Shown: one piece after another, positions 10,302 through 20,212 of the stretch | Layout: each line of letters starts with the position of its first letter | Numbering within the stretch: position 1 is the first letter of the stretch | DNA from: Rhodospirillales bacterium | Lineage (GTDB): Bacteria > Pseudomonadota > Alphaproteobacteria > Micavibrionales > Micavibrionaceae | Assembly: GCA_023898785.1 (NCBI GenBank) | Contig: CP060239.1 | Span: 1,417,921-1,481,920 of the forward strand | Length of the DNA stretch: 64,000 nucleotides | Direction: 5' to 3' | The notes under the pieces: model-generated | What the model saw: the letters and a program-made list of their open reading frames with translations, nothing else | Database searches by the model: none | Told to the model about the DNA's origin: nothing | Made by a program: the position numbers and the translations under genes

Positions 10302-11663
10302 CTAACGCGTGCCGCGCATCATGCCGCGACGTTTACCCAGCTTGGCTTTCTTCATTAGGCCTTCATATTGGTGCGCGATCAAGTGCGAATGAATTTGTGC
10401 GACCGTATCCATGGTCACACTCACCACAATCAAGAGCGATGTTCCACCGAAATAAAACGGCATATTGTATTGGGAAATCAGAAATTCCGGCAACAGACAA
10501 ATAAACACCAGATAGGCTGCACCCAAGACCGTAATGCGCGTCAGGATATAATCCAGATGATCGGCGGTATGTTTTCCCGGGCGAATGCCGGGAATAAAAC
10601 CGCCATATTTGCGCAAAGTGTCTGCATTTTCTTCGGGGTTGAATACAATCGCAGTGTAGAAAAAGCAGAAGAACATAATCAGTGCTCCATAGAGCGCCAT
10701 ATAGATTGGTTGACCATGGGCAAGATATTGCGAAATTGTAGCGGTGAAATCGCCACCTTCTGCACCGCTGAAACCTACAATTGTCAGGGGCAGGAGCAGC
10801 AAAGACGATGCAAAAATCGGTGGAATCACACCAGCTGTATTCAGCTTAAGCGGAATGTGGTTGGTTTCACCTCCCATCATTTGATTACCTTGCTGGCGTT
10901 TAGGATATTGCACGATAACGCGGCGCTGGGCACGCTCCATAAAGACGATGAAAACAATCACACCCGCGATCATCAAAAATAGAGCCAAAAGTTCTAAACC
11001 GCTGAATGTTCCCTGACGGCCCAACTCGAGCGTTGAAGCGATAGCGCGCGGCAATTCAGCAACAATCCCGGCAAAGATAATCAGCGAAATCCCGTTACCT
11101 ATGCCGCGCGCGGTTATCTGTTCACCCAGCCACATCAGAAAGACGGTGCCACCGACAATGGTGATGACGGTGGAGATACGGAAAAACAGGCCCGGATCAA
11201 TCACGGCGGAACCGGTGGAGCCTTGCATGCTTTCCAGACCAACGGCCAGCCCGTAAGCCTGTACAGTGGCTAACAAAACAGTGAGGTAGCGGGTATATTG
11301 GTTAATTTTCATGCGGCCGGTGCCACCCTCCTTTTTCATCGCTTCGAGCTGCGGCGACATAGCGGTCGCAAGTTGCATGATAATTGAGGCCGAGATGTAT
11401 GGCATGATGTTCAGTGCAAAAATAGTCATCCGCGAAAGCGCACCACCAGAGAACATGTTAAACATGTCCAGAATACCGCCGCCTTTTTGCGTGAAGATTT
11501 CGTTCCACACATGCGGGTCAATACCGGGCACAGGGATGTATGTTCCCAAACGGTAGACGAGCAAGGCCCCCATAACAAAGAGCAAACGGCGTTTTAAATC
11601 TGTAGCTTTGGCCAGAGCGCCCCAATTCGCGTTTTTGGCCAGTTGTTCGACGGCTGAAGCCAT
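10302..11663 (-). CDS. secY: preprotein translocase subunit SecY
   Basis: Canonical multi-TM SecY sequence. SD AAGGA lies 6 nt upstream. Confidence 0.95.
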   Translation of the reverse strand: MASAVEQLAKNANWGALAKATDLKRRLLFVMGALLVYRLGTYIPVPGIDPHVWNEIFTQKGGGILDMFNMFSGGALSRMTIFALNIMPYISASIIMQLATAMSPQLEAMKKEGGTGRMKINQYTRYLTVLLATVQAYGLAVGLESMQGSTGSAVIDPGLFFRISTVITIVGGTVFLMWLGEQITARGIGNGISLIIFAGIVAELPRAIASTLELGRQGTFSGLELLALFLMIAGVIVFIVFMERAQRRVIVQYPKRQQGNQMMGGETNHIPLKLNTAGVIPPIFASSLLLLPLTIVGFSGAEGGDFTATISQYLAHGQPIYMALYGALIMFFCFFYTAIVFNPEENADTLRKYGGFIPGIRPGKHTADHLDYILTRITVLGAAYLVFICLLPEFLISQYNMPFYFGGTSLLIVVSVTMDTVAQIHSHLIAHQYEGLMKKAKLGKRRGMMRGTR

Positions 11664-11791
11664 GGACAGTCCTTTTTTGACTTAAGAATGTTTAAAGACA
11701 CAGTCATAAAGAAAAGTCGGGGAACACACAAGTCCCTTAGACGCTGAAATTATGCTTGATCACAGATGGTTTTGAAAGAAAAACGAAACAG

Positions 11792-12532
11792 CTATTGCGC
11801 CAGTTTCTTGTCCCACTTGCTGCATTTTGAAGCGACGCGAGCATATTCCTGTGGGCTATCATGGGCTTTTTGGCGTTTGCCAAGTATGGGCATTATCTTG
11901 TTTTGATAAGCTTCAAGCTTGGACATGTATTGTTCTTGAATTTTCTTTTGTGCTTCATTAACTTGTGATTTCGGAATTGGGCCTATCGCCGGATCGATTT
12001 TGTACACGTATTTCGACAAGAAAACTTTAACCTTCGGTGAAAATTCACGGACAAATTTACGCAAGATTCGGATATGGCCTTTTTCGTGCGCCATTACGGC
12101 ATTATGTTCGCATGTCGAGCGGTTAAAATTGCTGGCAATATGAATTTCTGGTTTGGCGTAAAATGTAACTTCAAGCTGTTTGAGCTTTACGCAAGCCTTC
12201 CCCCCAGCTTCCGTGATTTCGAATTTGCCTTCCGTTTTGAATCCTATTTCGCCGCCGCCGAGACCGCCAACAGATGAACCTCCTCCTCCGTGAAGTTGTG
12301 TGAGGTCTTTGGAGGATTTGGTCCGAATATATTTCGTGCGTGTGGTCGCCGTTTTTACGGATAAGGACGGCTTTGAGGCTTTGCATGAAAGTTGTTCAGG
12401 TGCGCTTTGCGATGATTTATGGTTGTGTGATTTAGAAGAACTATGTGCAGATGCCTGCGCAGCATAGACCAAAATGCTCAAAAACGCATATAATATCAGT
12501 ATGTTGATTTTGTTTCTTGCCCTGCCCGTCAT
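11792..12532 (-). CDS. secreted hypothetical protein with HExxH motif (possible DUF922-like zinc peptidase)
   Basis: N-terminal signal-like segment (...ILILYAFLSILVYAAQASA), a Gly-rich linker, and ...AVMAHEKGHIRI... (HExxH). Visibly AT-richer than flanking r-protein genes. Confidence 0.55.
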   Translation of the reverse strand: MTGRARNKINILILYAFLSILVYAAQASAHSSSKSHNHKSSQSAPEQLSCKASKPSLSVKTATTRTKYIRTKSSKDLTQLHGGGGSSVGGLGGGEIGFKTEGKFEITEAGGKACVKLKQLEVTFYAKPEIHIASNFNRSTCEHNAVMAHEKGHIRILRKFVREFSPKVKVFLSKYVYKIDPAIGPIPKSQVNEAQKKIQEQYMSKLEAYQNKIMPILGKRQKAHDSPQEYARVASKCSKWDKKLAQ

Positions 12533-12610
12533 GTGTATTTCTGCCCTTTGCGCATATTTTGCTTCCCCATTGTATAGTCAAGAGATTTAAGGATTTGTTA
12601 AATTGATGAA

Positions 12611-12640
12611 CAAAAAACCCCGCACACTTGGCGGGGTTTG
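12611..12640 (-). terminator. strong rho-independent terminator immediately after rplO
   Basis: On the minus strand: CCCCGC-loop-GCGGGG followed by TTTTTTG, about 27 nt after the rplO stop. Confidence 0.7.
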
Positions 12641-12666
12641 ATCTATCCAGCAACATTGGGGTTACA

Positions 12667-13164
12667 TTATTTTTTCTTCTTATTTTCAACCGGCGCGACC
12701 GTTTTTTCGATGATTTCGATCTTACCGCCTGCTTTTTCGACAGCGGCGCGGGCCGTTTTTGTCGCTTTTGAGATTTTCAGTTCAACTTTGGCTTTCAACT
12801 CGCCTTTGGTCAGCAGCTTGACGCCTGCTTTTTTGCGGCTGATGATTTTAGCGGCTACCAGTGTGTCTTCATCGATAGTTTTCTTGGAATCGATTTTCTT
12901 AGCGTCAATGGCAGCCTGAAGTTTTCCTGTTGTCAATTCGACGTAATGGACGCAGAATTTCTTGTTGTTGAAACCGCTTTTGGGCATGCGCATATGGAGC
13001 GGCATTTGGCCGCCTTCGTAGCCATTAATGGCAACGCCGGAGCGAGATTTCTGACCTTTTTGGCCGGAGCCAGAGGTCTTGCCTTTGCCAGAGCCGATAC
13101 CGCGGCCAACGCGAATGCGGGCCTTTTTTGCGCCGTCATTGTTCTTGAGTTCATTGAGTTTCAT
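12667..13164 (-). CDS. rplO: 50S ribosomal protein L15
   Basis: Canonical L15 N-terminus (MKLNELKNNDGAKK...GRGIGSGKGKTSG...). Confidence 0.95.
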   Translation of the reverse strand: MKLNELKNNDGAKKARIRVGRGIGSGKGKTSGSGQKGQKSRSGVAINGYEGGQMPLHMRMPKSGFNNKKFCVHYVELTTGKLQAAIDAKKIDSKKTIDEDTLVAAKIISRKKAGVKLLTKGELKAKVELKISKATKTARAAVEKAGGKIEIIEKTVAPVENKKKK

Positions 13165-13186
13165 GAGCTTGGTCCTTTTAAATCCT

Positions 13187-13597
13187 TTATGCCGCGTCTT
13201 CGACTTTAACCAGATGCTTGACTTTGTTGATCATGCCGCGCACGGAAGGCGTGTCTTCGAGTGTGCGGGTACGGTGCATCTTGTTGAGACCCAGACCGAC
13301 CAATGTTGCACGCTGGTAGGCTTTGCGGCCGATGGGTGAACCTATTTGCGTTACGGTCACTGTCTTACCAGACGATGTTTTCTTAGCGGCAGGCTTTTGG
13401 GCGGGAGCTTTTTTAGGAACGTCCTTTTTAGCCGTCTCTTTTTGGGGAGCTGCTTTTGCTGCTGTTTCCTTCTTCGGATCTGCCTTTTTAGCCTTGGCAG
13501 GTTTCTTAGCGGCAGGCTTTTGGGCTGCCTCTTTTTGGGCAGGCGCTTTCTTAGCTGCAGACTTCTTCGTTTTTATTTCTTTTTCGTCGGCCATCAT
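13187..13597 (-). CDS. rpmD: 50S ribosomal protein L30 with about 75-aa Lys/Ala/Pro-rich N-terminal extension
   Basis: The C-terminal ~60 aa (...[53 protein letters not shown]) is canonical L30. The N-terminus is AKKPA-type low complexity. Confidence 0.9.
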   Translation of the reverse strand: MMADEKEIKTKKSAAKKAPAQKEAAQKPAAKKPAKAKKADPKKETAAKAAPQKETAKKDVPKKAPAQKPAAKKTSSGKTVTVTQIGSPIGRKAYQRATLVGLGLNKMHRTRTLEDTPSVRGMINKVKHLVKVEDAA

Positions 13598-13633
13598 CCA
13601 ACTCCTTTAAATTCAATTCTTTATTCTTCGCCC

Positions 13634-14185
13634 TTATTCTTCACCATGGGCTTCTTTGTCACCGCGACCTGAAACGACATCGCCAACTTTTTTATTGCGG
13701 CGAGAGGCTACGTGACGTGGGCTTTGCATCGCCTTAAGCCCTGCAAATGTCGCGTTGACCATGGAATACGGATTGTTTGAGCCAATTGCCTTGGCAACAA
13801 CGTCCTGAATACCTACAGCTTCAAACACAGCGCGCATTGGACCACCAGCGATAATTCCTGTCCCTTGCGGAGCGGAGCGCATAAAGACTTTACCGGCACC
13901 ATGACGGCCTTTTACATCGTGGTGAAGTGTACGACCTTCACGCAACGGTACGCGGATCATATTGCGCTTGGCTTGTTCGGTTGCTTTTTTAATCGCTTCG
14001 GGTACTTCGCGCGCCTTTGCGTGACCGTGGCCGACACGGCCTTTGCCGTCGCCTACAACCATTAAAGCAGCAAAGCCCATACGGCGGCCACCTTTCACGG
14101 TTTTAGCAACACGGTTAATGCCGACCAAACGTTCGGTAAATTCCGGTTCTTCGCGTTCTGCTTCTTGTCCTTGTCCACGAGCCAT
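13634..14185 (-). CDS. rpsE: 30S ribosomal protein S5
   Basis: Canonical S5 core (...[25 protein letters not shown]...). Confidence 0.95.
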   Translation of the reverse strand: MARGQGQEAEREEPEFTERLVGINRVAKTVKGGRRMGFAALMVVGDGKGRVGHGHAKAREVPEAIKKATEQAKRNMIRVPLREGRTLHHDVKGRHGAGKVFMRSAPQGTGIIAGGPMRAVFEAVGIQDVVAKAIGSNNPYSMVNATFAGLKAMQSPRHVASRRNKKVGDVVSGRGDKEAHGEE

Positions 14186-14215
14186 TTTTTTATTCGTCCT
14201 TTTTTTAACTTATTC

Positions 14216-14602
14216 CTAAAATAACAGTCCACCTTCACGGGCGCCATCAGCCAAGGCCTTCACGCGGCCATGATAGAGAAAACGTCCGCGGTCGAAGACC
14301 ACCTTTTCAACACCGGCTTTTTTCGCGCGCCGGGCAACCAATTTACCAACTTCAGCAGCAGCCTGCGTATTTGCGCCGCCTTTTTTGAGCTTTTCTTTCA
14401 TTTCCAGTTCAAGCGTAGAGGCCGCAGCCAATGTTACACCTTTGATGTCGTCAATCACTTGAGCGTAGATCTGCTTTCCTGAACGAAATATGGACAGGCG
14501 AGGGCGCGTTTCCCGCACACCAACACGGTCGATATTCACACGGCGAATTTTGTTGCGTGTGCGATACGTTCTGCGCTGAGCTGATGTTAATGCTTTTGAC
14601 AT
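14216..14602 (-). CDS. rplR: 50S ribosomal protein L18
   Basis: Canonical L18 (...[20 protein letters not shown]...). Confidence 0.95.
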   Translation of the reverse strand: MSKALTSAQRRTYRTRNKIRRVNIDRVGVRETRPRLSIFRSGKQIYAQVIDDIKGVTLAAASTLELEMKEKLKKGGANTQAAAEVGKLVARRAKKAGVEKVVFDRGRFLYHGRVKALADGAREGGLLF

Positions 14603-14626
14603 TGTTTTAATCCTTACATCTATGCC

Positions 14627-15205
14627 TTATTTCTTTTTACCTTCTTTGCGGATGACATATTCATCCGCATAGCGAATTCCTTTGCCTTTGTATGGCTCAG
14701 GAGGTTTAAAACCACGGATTTTGGCTGCAACCTGACCGACCTGTTGTTTATCGATCCCGCTAATTTGAATGTCGGTCTGGCTGCCTTTGCCAGCTGCGTC
14801 TTCCATTTTTACGGTCACATATTCAGGAATATCATAACGCACTTCGTGTGAGAACCCCAAAGACAGAACCAGAGTCTTGCCTTGCAGATTTCCACGGTAA
14901 CCAACGCCTTTGATTTCCAGCTTTTTGGTGTAGCCTTCACTGACTCCGACAACGATATTGTTGACCAGTGTGCGCATGGTCGGCCAAATCTGCCGTGCAA
15001 AACGGCTGTTTGACTTGGGTGCCAAGGTCACAACTTTGTCAGTCTTACCATCATCATTGGCGACATCTTCGATCTTGATGGACACTTCGTCGTGTACACG
15101 CAGTTCCAGCTGGCCAAGTTTACCCTTGGCTTTCACATCCTGACCGTTGACGCTGAGTTCAACGCCTTCAGGCAGTGTAATCGGTTGTTTTCCAATACGT
15201 GACAT
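14627..15205 (-). CDS. rplF: 50S ribosomal protein L6
   Basis: MSRIGKQPITLPEGV... is canonical L6. Confidence 0.95.
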   Translation of the reverse strand: MSRIGKQPITLPEGVELSVNGQDVKAKGKLGQLELRVHDEVSIKIEDVANDDGKTDKVVTLAPKSNSRFARQIWPTMRTLVNNIVVGVSEGYTKKLEIKGVGYRGNLQGKTLVLSLGFSHEVRYDIPEYVTVKMEDAAGKGSQTDIQISGIDKQQVGQVAAKIRGFKPPEPYKGKGIRYADEYVIRKEGKKK

Positions 15206-15223
15206 TGCTTTTCGTCCTTATTC

Positions 15224-15622
15224 CTAAAATACCTGACAGAGCACTTCGCCGCCGACATTGGCTGCGCGGGCACCGTGGTCTGTCATAAGCCCTTTGGGGG
15301 TTGAAACAATCAAAACACCCAGACCGTTGTAGTAACGCGGCATATCTTTTGCACCTTTGTAAATACGGCGGCCAGGCTTAGACACGCGAGTGATCTGGCG
15401 AATGACGCCGCGCCCTTCTGCATATTTCAGTTCAATGACCAAAACGGCCTTGTTGTTCTCACGCTCTTCTTTCTTGAACGCACGAATAAAGCCTTCATCC
15501 GCCAGTACCTTACAAACATTTTCGCGCAGTTTTGAATGCGGGCATTCAATTACGGATTTGCTTGCCATTTGCCCGTTACGGATGCGGGCCAGCATATCAC
15601 CGAGAGGATCGCTCATGGACAT
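15224..15622 (-). CDS. rpsH: 30S ribosomal protein S8
   Basis: ...DPLGDMLARIRNG... is canonical S8. Confidence 0.95.
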   Translation of the reverse strand: MSMSDPLGDMLARIRNGQMASKSVIECPHSKLRENVCKVLADEGFIRAFKKEERENNKAVLVIELKYAEGRGVIRQITRVSKPGRRIYKGAKDMPRYYNGLGVLIVSTPKGLMTDHGARAANVGGEVLCQVF

Positions 15623-15637
15623 AGGTCTTTTCTCCTC

Positions 15638-15943
15638 TTACCAACTGGATTTCGTTATGCCTGGCAGCTCACCACGAGAGGCCAGGTCCCGTAATGCAAT
15701 ACGGGAAAGATTTAACTTGCGGTAGTAACCACGCGGACGACCAGTCAGGGCACAGCGGTTACGCTGACGGATCTTCGCAGAGTTGCGCGGCAATTCCGCC
15801 AAAGCCAGAGTTGCCTGAAAACGTTCATCTGCAGGAGCATTCTGATCTTTGATGATTGCCTTAAGCTTGGCGCGTTGGCCTGCGTATTTCTTGACCAAAC
15901 GGCTACGCTTTTTATCGCGCTCTATCATGCAAACTTTTGCCAT
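15638..15943 (-). CDS. rpsN: 30S ribosomal protein S14 (long, 101-aa form)
   Basis: Canonical S14 C-terminus ...[23 protein letters not shown]. Confidence 0.95.
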   Translation of the reverse strand: MAKVCMIERDKKRSRLVKKYAGQRAKLKAIIKDQNAPADERFQATLALAELPRNSAKIRQRNRCALTGRPRGYYRKLNLSRIALRDLASRGELPGITKSSW

Positions 15944-15961
15944 TTCAACGTCGTCCTTTTC

Positions 15962-16519
15962 TTATTTCTTGAATGGGAGTTTAAACAAACGCAGCAACTC
16001 GCGAGCTTCTTCGTCTGTTTTGGCTGTCGTACAAATTACAATATCCATCCCGCGGATTTTATCGACCTTGTCGTAGTCGATCTCGGGAAAGATGATGTGT
16101 TCTTTAATTCCAACGGCGTAGTTGCCACGTCCGTCAAAGCTTTTATCGCTGATCCCGCGGAAGTCACGGACGCGTGGCAACGCGATGGTGACAAAACGGT
16201 CAAGGAATTCAAACATCTTCTGACGGCGCAAAGTGACTTTACAGCCGATTGCCTGACCGTCGCGAATTTTGAAAGATGCATTGGATTGCTTGGCTTTCGT
16301 GATTACAGGCTTTTGACCGGCGATCAGGCTCATGTCATTAGCCGCATTTTCGATGTGCTTGCGGTCCTGGGTCGCTTCACCGACACCCATATTCATGACA
16401 ACTTTTACAAGCTGAGGAATTTCGTGTTTGTTTTTGTACTCGAATTTTTTCTGCATCGCAGGGACCACTTCGGTCTCATAAAATTCTTGCAAACGAGGTT
16501 TATATGCTGCTTTTGCCAT
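15962..16519 (-). CDS. rplE: 50S ribosomal protein L5
   Basis: Canonical L5 sequence and operon position. Confidence 0.95.
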   Translation of the reverse strand: MAKAAYKPRLQEFYETEVVPAMQKKFEYKNKHEIPQLVKVVMNMGVGEATQDRKHIENAANDMSLIAGQKPVITKAKQSNASFKIRDGQAIGCKVTLRRQKMFEFLDRFVTIALPRVRDFRGISDKSFDGRGNYAVGIKEHIIFPEIDYDKVDKIRGMDIVICTTAKTDEEARELLRLFKLPFKK

Positions 16520-16524
16520 TATTC

Positions 16525-16848
16525 CTACTCCACAGTCTCGCCGGATTTTTTCGCGACGCGGACTTTTTTGCCATCTTTCAATGTTTTGTAACCAACGCGG
16601 GTGGCTTTACCGGATTTTGGATCGGCAAGGGCCACGTTTGATACGTGAATAGACAGTTCTTTCGACTGAATGCCGCCAGCAGAAAACTGCGTGGGCTTTG
16701 CATGTTTTTTGACAACATTGACGCCCTGAACAATCACGCGGCGCTCTGTCGGCATGACCTTCAGAACTTCACCTTTGGCGCCTTTGTCTTTGCCGGTGAG
16801 GACAATGACAGAATCGCCTTTTTTGATTTTGAGTTTCGCACTTGCCAT
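16525..16848 (-). CDS. rplX: 50S ribosomal protein L24
   Basis: ...[21 protein letters not shown]... is the KOW motif of L24. Confidence 0.95.
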   Translation of the reverse strand: MASAKLKIKKGDSVIVLTGKDKGAKGEVLKVMPTERRVIVQGVNVVKKHAKPTQFSAGGIQSKELSIHVSNVALADPKSGKATRVGYKTLKDGKKVRVAKKSGETVE

Positions 16849-16849
16849 T

Positions 16850-17218
16850 TTAAAGCACCTCGCCAGCCAGAGAGATAATTTTCATGAAGCCCTTGGCGCG
16901 CAGTTCACGCGTTACGGGGCCAAAAATCCGTGTACCGACCGGCTCATTGTTATTATTGATGAGCACGCAGGCATTGGTGTCGAAACTGATTGTTTCGCCA
17001 TAGGCGCGGTTAAGACCTTTTTTGGTACGCACAATGACAGCGCGCTGCACATTACCTTTTTGCACACGTCCACGAGGAATGGCTTCCTTAACGGAAACGA
17101 TCACAATGTCGCCAACACTTGCCGTGCGGCGCTTGGAACCACCGAGGACTTTAATGCACTGCACCTGGCGGGCACCAGAGTTATCGGCTACTTCCATTCT
17201 GGATTGCATCTGAATCAT
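16850..17218 (-). CDS. rplN: 50S ribosomal protein L14
   Basis: [17 protein letters not shown]... is canonical L14. Confidence 0.95.
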   Translation of the reverse strand: MIQMQSRMEVADNSGARQVQCIKVLGGSKRRTASVGDIVIVSVKEAIPRGRVQKGNVQRAVIVRTKKGLNRAYGETISFDTNACVLINNNNEPVGTRIFGPVTRELRAKGFMKIISLAGEVL

Positions 17219-17220
17219 GA

Positions 17221-17613
17221 CTACTTATCTCCCTCTTTTGGGCCCTTCTTCTTTGCGGTTGTCTTTTTAGCAGCTGGCTTCTTAGCGGCGGGCTTCTTTT
17301 CTGCTTTTTTAGTCTCTTCCTTCTTAGGATCGGCTTTTTTAGAAGCAGGCTTCTTTTCTTCTTTCTTCGGCGCAGCAGCGGCATCGCCGGTGAAAAGTGT
17401 CCAGGTCTTGCGCTTGGAAATCGGGGCACATTCGATGATCTGAACACGATCGCCAACTTTTACAGCGTTGCTTTCATCATGCGCGGCATATTTGTCGGTT
17501 TTTTTAATGTATTTTTTGTAGAGCGGGTGCATGAAACGGCGTTCGACCAAAACCGTAATGGTCTTGTCCATTTTGTCGCTTACTACTTCACCTTCCAGAA
17601 TACGTTTTGGCAT
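17221..17613 (-). CDS. rpsQ: 30S ribosomal protein S17 with about 50-aa Lys/Ala/Pro-rich C-terminal extension
   Basis: Canonical S17 core (...[29 protein letters not shown]...) followed by ...[38 protein letters not shown].... Confidence 0.93.
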   Translation of the reverse strand: MPKRILEGEVVSDKMDKTITVLVERRFMHPLYKKYIKKTDKYAAHDESNAVKVGDRVQIIECAPISKRKTWTLFTGDAAAAPKKEEKKPASKKADPKKEETKKAEKKPAAKKPAAKKTTAKKKGPKEGDK

Positions 17614-17627
17614 TTTCTTCGTTTCCT

Positions 17628-17882
17628 TTATGCGGCTTTTTCTTTAGACGCTTTTGCCTTCTTTTTGGCGGATGCCTTTTGGGCGGCGGCCTTTTCTTCG
17701 GGCTTTGCGTTCATAAATGTTTTGATCCGCGCAATTGTGCGGCGGGTCTTACGGATCTCGGATGTGTTTTCAAAAGCGCCGTTGGCTTTTTGAAAGCGCT
17801 GGTTGAACTGCGCTTTCTTATTTTCCAGCAAGAGCTTTTTCAGCTCATCTGGCGTTTTTGTTTTCAGGTCTTCAGCTTTCAT
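17628..17882 (-). CDS. rpmC: 50S ribosomal protein L29 with Lys/Ala-rich C-terminal tail
   Basis: Canonical L29 core (...[19 protein letters not shown]...) plus tail ...[26 protein letters not shown]. Confidence 0.93.
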   Translation of the reverse strand: MKAEDLKTKTPDELKKLLLENKKAQFNQRFQKANGAFENTSEIRKTRRTIARIKTFMNAKPEEKAAAQKASAKKKAKASKEKAA

Positions 17883-17883
17883 C

Positions 17884-18312
17884 TTATGCGGCCTCCTGGT
17901 TTACACCCACGCGGGTGATGAATTTTGTTTTCACAGGCAGCTTCATTGCGGCCAAAGCCAGAGCCTCACGCGCAACATCTTGCGTCACACCGTCAAGTTC
18001 AAACATAATGCGCCCAGGCTTAACACGCGCAGCCCAGTATTCAGGAGAGCCTTTACCTTTACCCTGACGAACCTCGAGAGGTTTTGCTGTTACGGGCACA
18101 TCGGGGAAGATACGAATCCATACTTTTCCCTGACGTTTCATATGACGGGTAATTGCACGGCGCGCTGCTTCGATCTGGCGGGCCGTTATGCGATCGGGTG
18201 ACAGGGCCTTCAAACCGTAGGCGCCGAATGCCAATGAATATCCACCTTTAGCATCTCCATGAATGCGGCCTTTGTGCTGCTTGCGGTGTTTAAACTTTTT
18301 AGGTGAGAGCAT
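17884..18312 (-). CDS. rplP: 50S ribosomal protein L16
   Basis: [16 protein letters not shown]... is canonical L16. Confidence 0.95.
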   Translation of the reverse strand: MLSPKKFKHRKQHKGRIHGDAKGGYSLAFGAYGLKALSPDRITARQIEAARRAITRHMKRQGKVWIRIFPDVPVTAKPLEVRQGKGKGSPEYWAARVKPGRIMFELDGVTQDVAREALALAAMKLPVKTKFITRVGVNQEAA

Positions 18313-18499
18313 CGCTCTGGTTCCTTATTTTCTTAGGCAAAACACGCAAAAAGATCAATCACATGGACTTTTCTTACTTCGTAAGAGAGTTCCCATATGG
18401 ACGCTTTATCTTTCGGCGTTTTCGCAGCGTTCAATTAGATTCTGGCGCTTTATATCCTGCCTACCATCAAGTTGCAAGAAAAAACTTGCCAAAACAAAG

Positions 18500-19183
18500 T
18501 TAGTTTCTCGGCGCACCGCCCTGAGCTTCAAGACGCTTGTCGCGGCCCATTGGATCGTGTTCCATGATATCGCCTTTATAGAGCCAGATTTTTACGCCGA
18601 TAATTCCATAGGTTGTCAGCGCCTCGGCTGTTCCATAATCCAGATCAGCGCGCAGTGTGTGCAGCGGCACACGGCCTTCGCGATACCATTCGGTCCGGGC
18701 AATGTCAGCGCCGCCGAGGCGACCGGATACGTTAATGCGGATACCGCCTGCGCCCAAACGCATGGCGCTTTGGACAGCGCGCTTCATGGCGCGGCGGAAG
18801 GATACGCGGCGCTCAAGCTGCTGGGCAACGCCTTCGGCGGCCAGTTGTGCATCGAGCTCGGGCTTGCGTACTTCAACGATGTTCAAGGACACGTCGCCGC
18901 CTGCGCGAGCAGCGAGTTGGCTGCGCAGTTTTTCAATGTCCGCACCTTTTTTGCCGATAATCACGCCGGGGCGCGCCGTGTGAACGGTTACTTTGGTGTT
19001 TTTTGCCGCGCGCTCGACAATCACTTTCGAGATCCCGGCGGCCTTGAGATGCTCAAGGATGTATTCGCGGAGTTTAAGATCCTCAACCAGCTTTTCGGCA
19101 TAGTCGCGGTTCGCATACCAGCGGCTGTCCCATGTGCGGTTTATCCCTACGCGCAGTCCAATTGGATTAACTTTCTGTCCCAT
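18500..19183 (-). CDS. rpsC: 30S ribosomal protein S3
   Basis: [24 protein letters not shown]... is canonical S3. Its own SD AGGAGAA is retained in the 19-nt gap upstream. Confidence 0.95.
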   Translation of the reverse strand: MGQKVNPIGLRVGINRTWDSRWYANRDYAEKLVEDLKLREYILEHLKAAGISKVIVERAAKNTKVTVHTARPGVIIGKKGADIEKLRSQLAARAGGDVSLNIVEVRKPELDAQLAAEGVAQQLERRVSFRRAMKRAVQSAMRLGAGGIRINVSGRLGGADIARTEWYREGRVPLHTLRADLDYGTAEALTTYGIIGVKIWLYKGDIMEHDPMGRDKRLEAQGGAPRN

Positions 19184-19202
19184 GTTTTCTCCTATATCGC
19201 TA

Positions 19203-19499
19203 TTATAATTCCGTGCCCGCAGGCTGTTGTTCTACTCTTATAAAATTACCGTCTTTGTTCTGTATCATATGACCGTTCACGCCATTTAAAATTTCTTCGC
19301 TGGTTGCCAAAACTTCGCTTCCGTCTATGAGAGAAACGGGAGCGGAGCTTGCAACAAGTTTCCAGACATCACCGTACACCCTCTCTTTTGTTTCAGCCTC
19401 TCCTAACCTTATAAGTTCGTCAATTCCCGCAACAGGGATGTCTACGAAGAATTCGTCCGATTTTCCATGTTTTCGAAATGAAATTTTTAACTCAGACAT
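19203..19499 (-). CDS. orphan small protein (98 aa) inserted between rplV and rpsC
   Basis: Same strand as the operon, SD AAGGAG 6-7 nt before the ATG, AT-richer than neighbours. No family recognised. Confidence 0.5.
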   Translation of the reverse strand: MSELKISFRKHGKSDEFFVDIPVAGIDELIRLGEAETKERVYGDVWKLVASSAPVSLIDGSEVLATSEEILNGVNGHMIQNKDGNFIRVEQQPAGTEL

Positions 19500-19537
19500 T
19501 CTTTACTCCTTGTTACGCAGTTTAACCCCTTTTAAGT

Positions 19538-19915
19538 CTATGCCTCTTCTGTTTCGCGCACGACAATCATCATGTTTGAGAATTTTTTCTCAATGCGTGC
19601 GGCGCGGCCACGGGCGCGGGCGCGGAAACGCTTCATTTTCAGTGTTTTACCGACGCTGGCTTCGGCTACGACCAGACGATCAACATCCAGACCGTGGTTG
19701 TTTTCCGCATTGGCGATTGCCGATTGCAACAGCTTGCGCACGTCGCCAGCCATGCGGCGATTGGAAAATTCCAGATCGATCAAAGCGCGACCGGCATTCT
19801 TGCCACGGATGGTTTGTGCAATCAGGTTGAGCTTTTGCGGCGAAGTCTGAAAATACTTCCCGTAAGCCATCGCTTCATTATCTTTAACGCGGCGTGCGTT
19901 TTTATCCTGTCCCAT
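19538..19915 (-). CDS. rplV: 50S ribosomal protein L22
   Basis: Canonical L22 (...[27 protein letters not shown]...). Confidence 0.95.
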   Translation of the reverse strand: MGQDKNARRVKDNEAMAYGKYFQTSPQKLNLIAQTIRGKNAGRALIDLEFSNRRMAGDVRKLLQSAIANAENNHGLDVDRLVVAEASVGKTLKMKRFRARARGRAARIEKKFSNMMIVVRETEEA

Positions 19916-19920
19916 TGTCC

Positions 19921-20199
19921 TTAACCTTTCTTGGCTTTCTTGTCTGCGCCGTGACCGTGATATGTACGGGTCGGTGCGAATTCACCCAATTTATGACCGA
20001 TCATCTGGTCGCTGATCACAACCGGAATGAACTTTTTGCCGTTGTGAACGCCGAATGTCAGGCCGACAAAGTTCGGCAAAATTGTGCTGCGGCGTGACCA
20101 AGTTTTGATCACCGTGTTTTTGCCGGCATTGCGAGCTTCCTCGACTTTTTTGAGGATGCTTTTTTCAACAAACGGGCCTTTCCATACACTGCGTGCCAT
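19921..20199 (-). CDS. rpsS: 30S ribosomal protein S19
   Basis: [11 protein letters not shown]... is canonical S19. Confidence 0.95.
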   Translation of the reverse strand: MARSVWKGPFVEKSILKKVEEARNAGKNTVIKTWSRRSTILPNFVGLTFGVHNGKKFIPVVISDQMIGHKLGEFAPTRTYHGHGADKKAKKG

Positions 20200-20212
20200 G
20201 TCCTAGTTCTCC

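Noticed and set aside
18263-19243. 326-aa plus-strand ORF
   Set aside because: It is antisense to rpsC and spans the rpsC|rplP spacer. It has no SD and its composition is typical of antisense frames.
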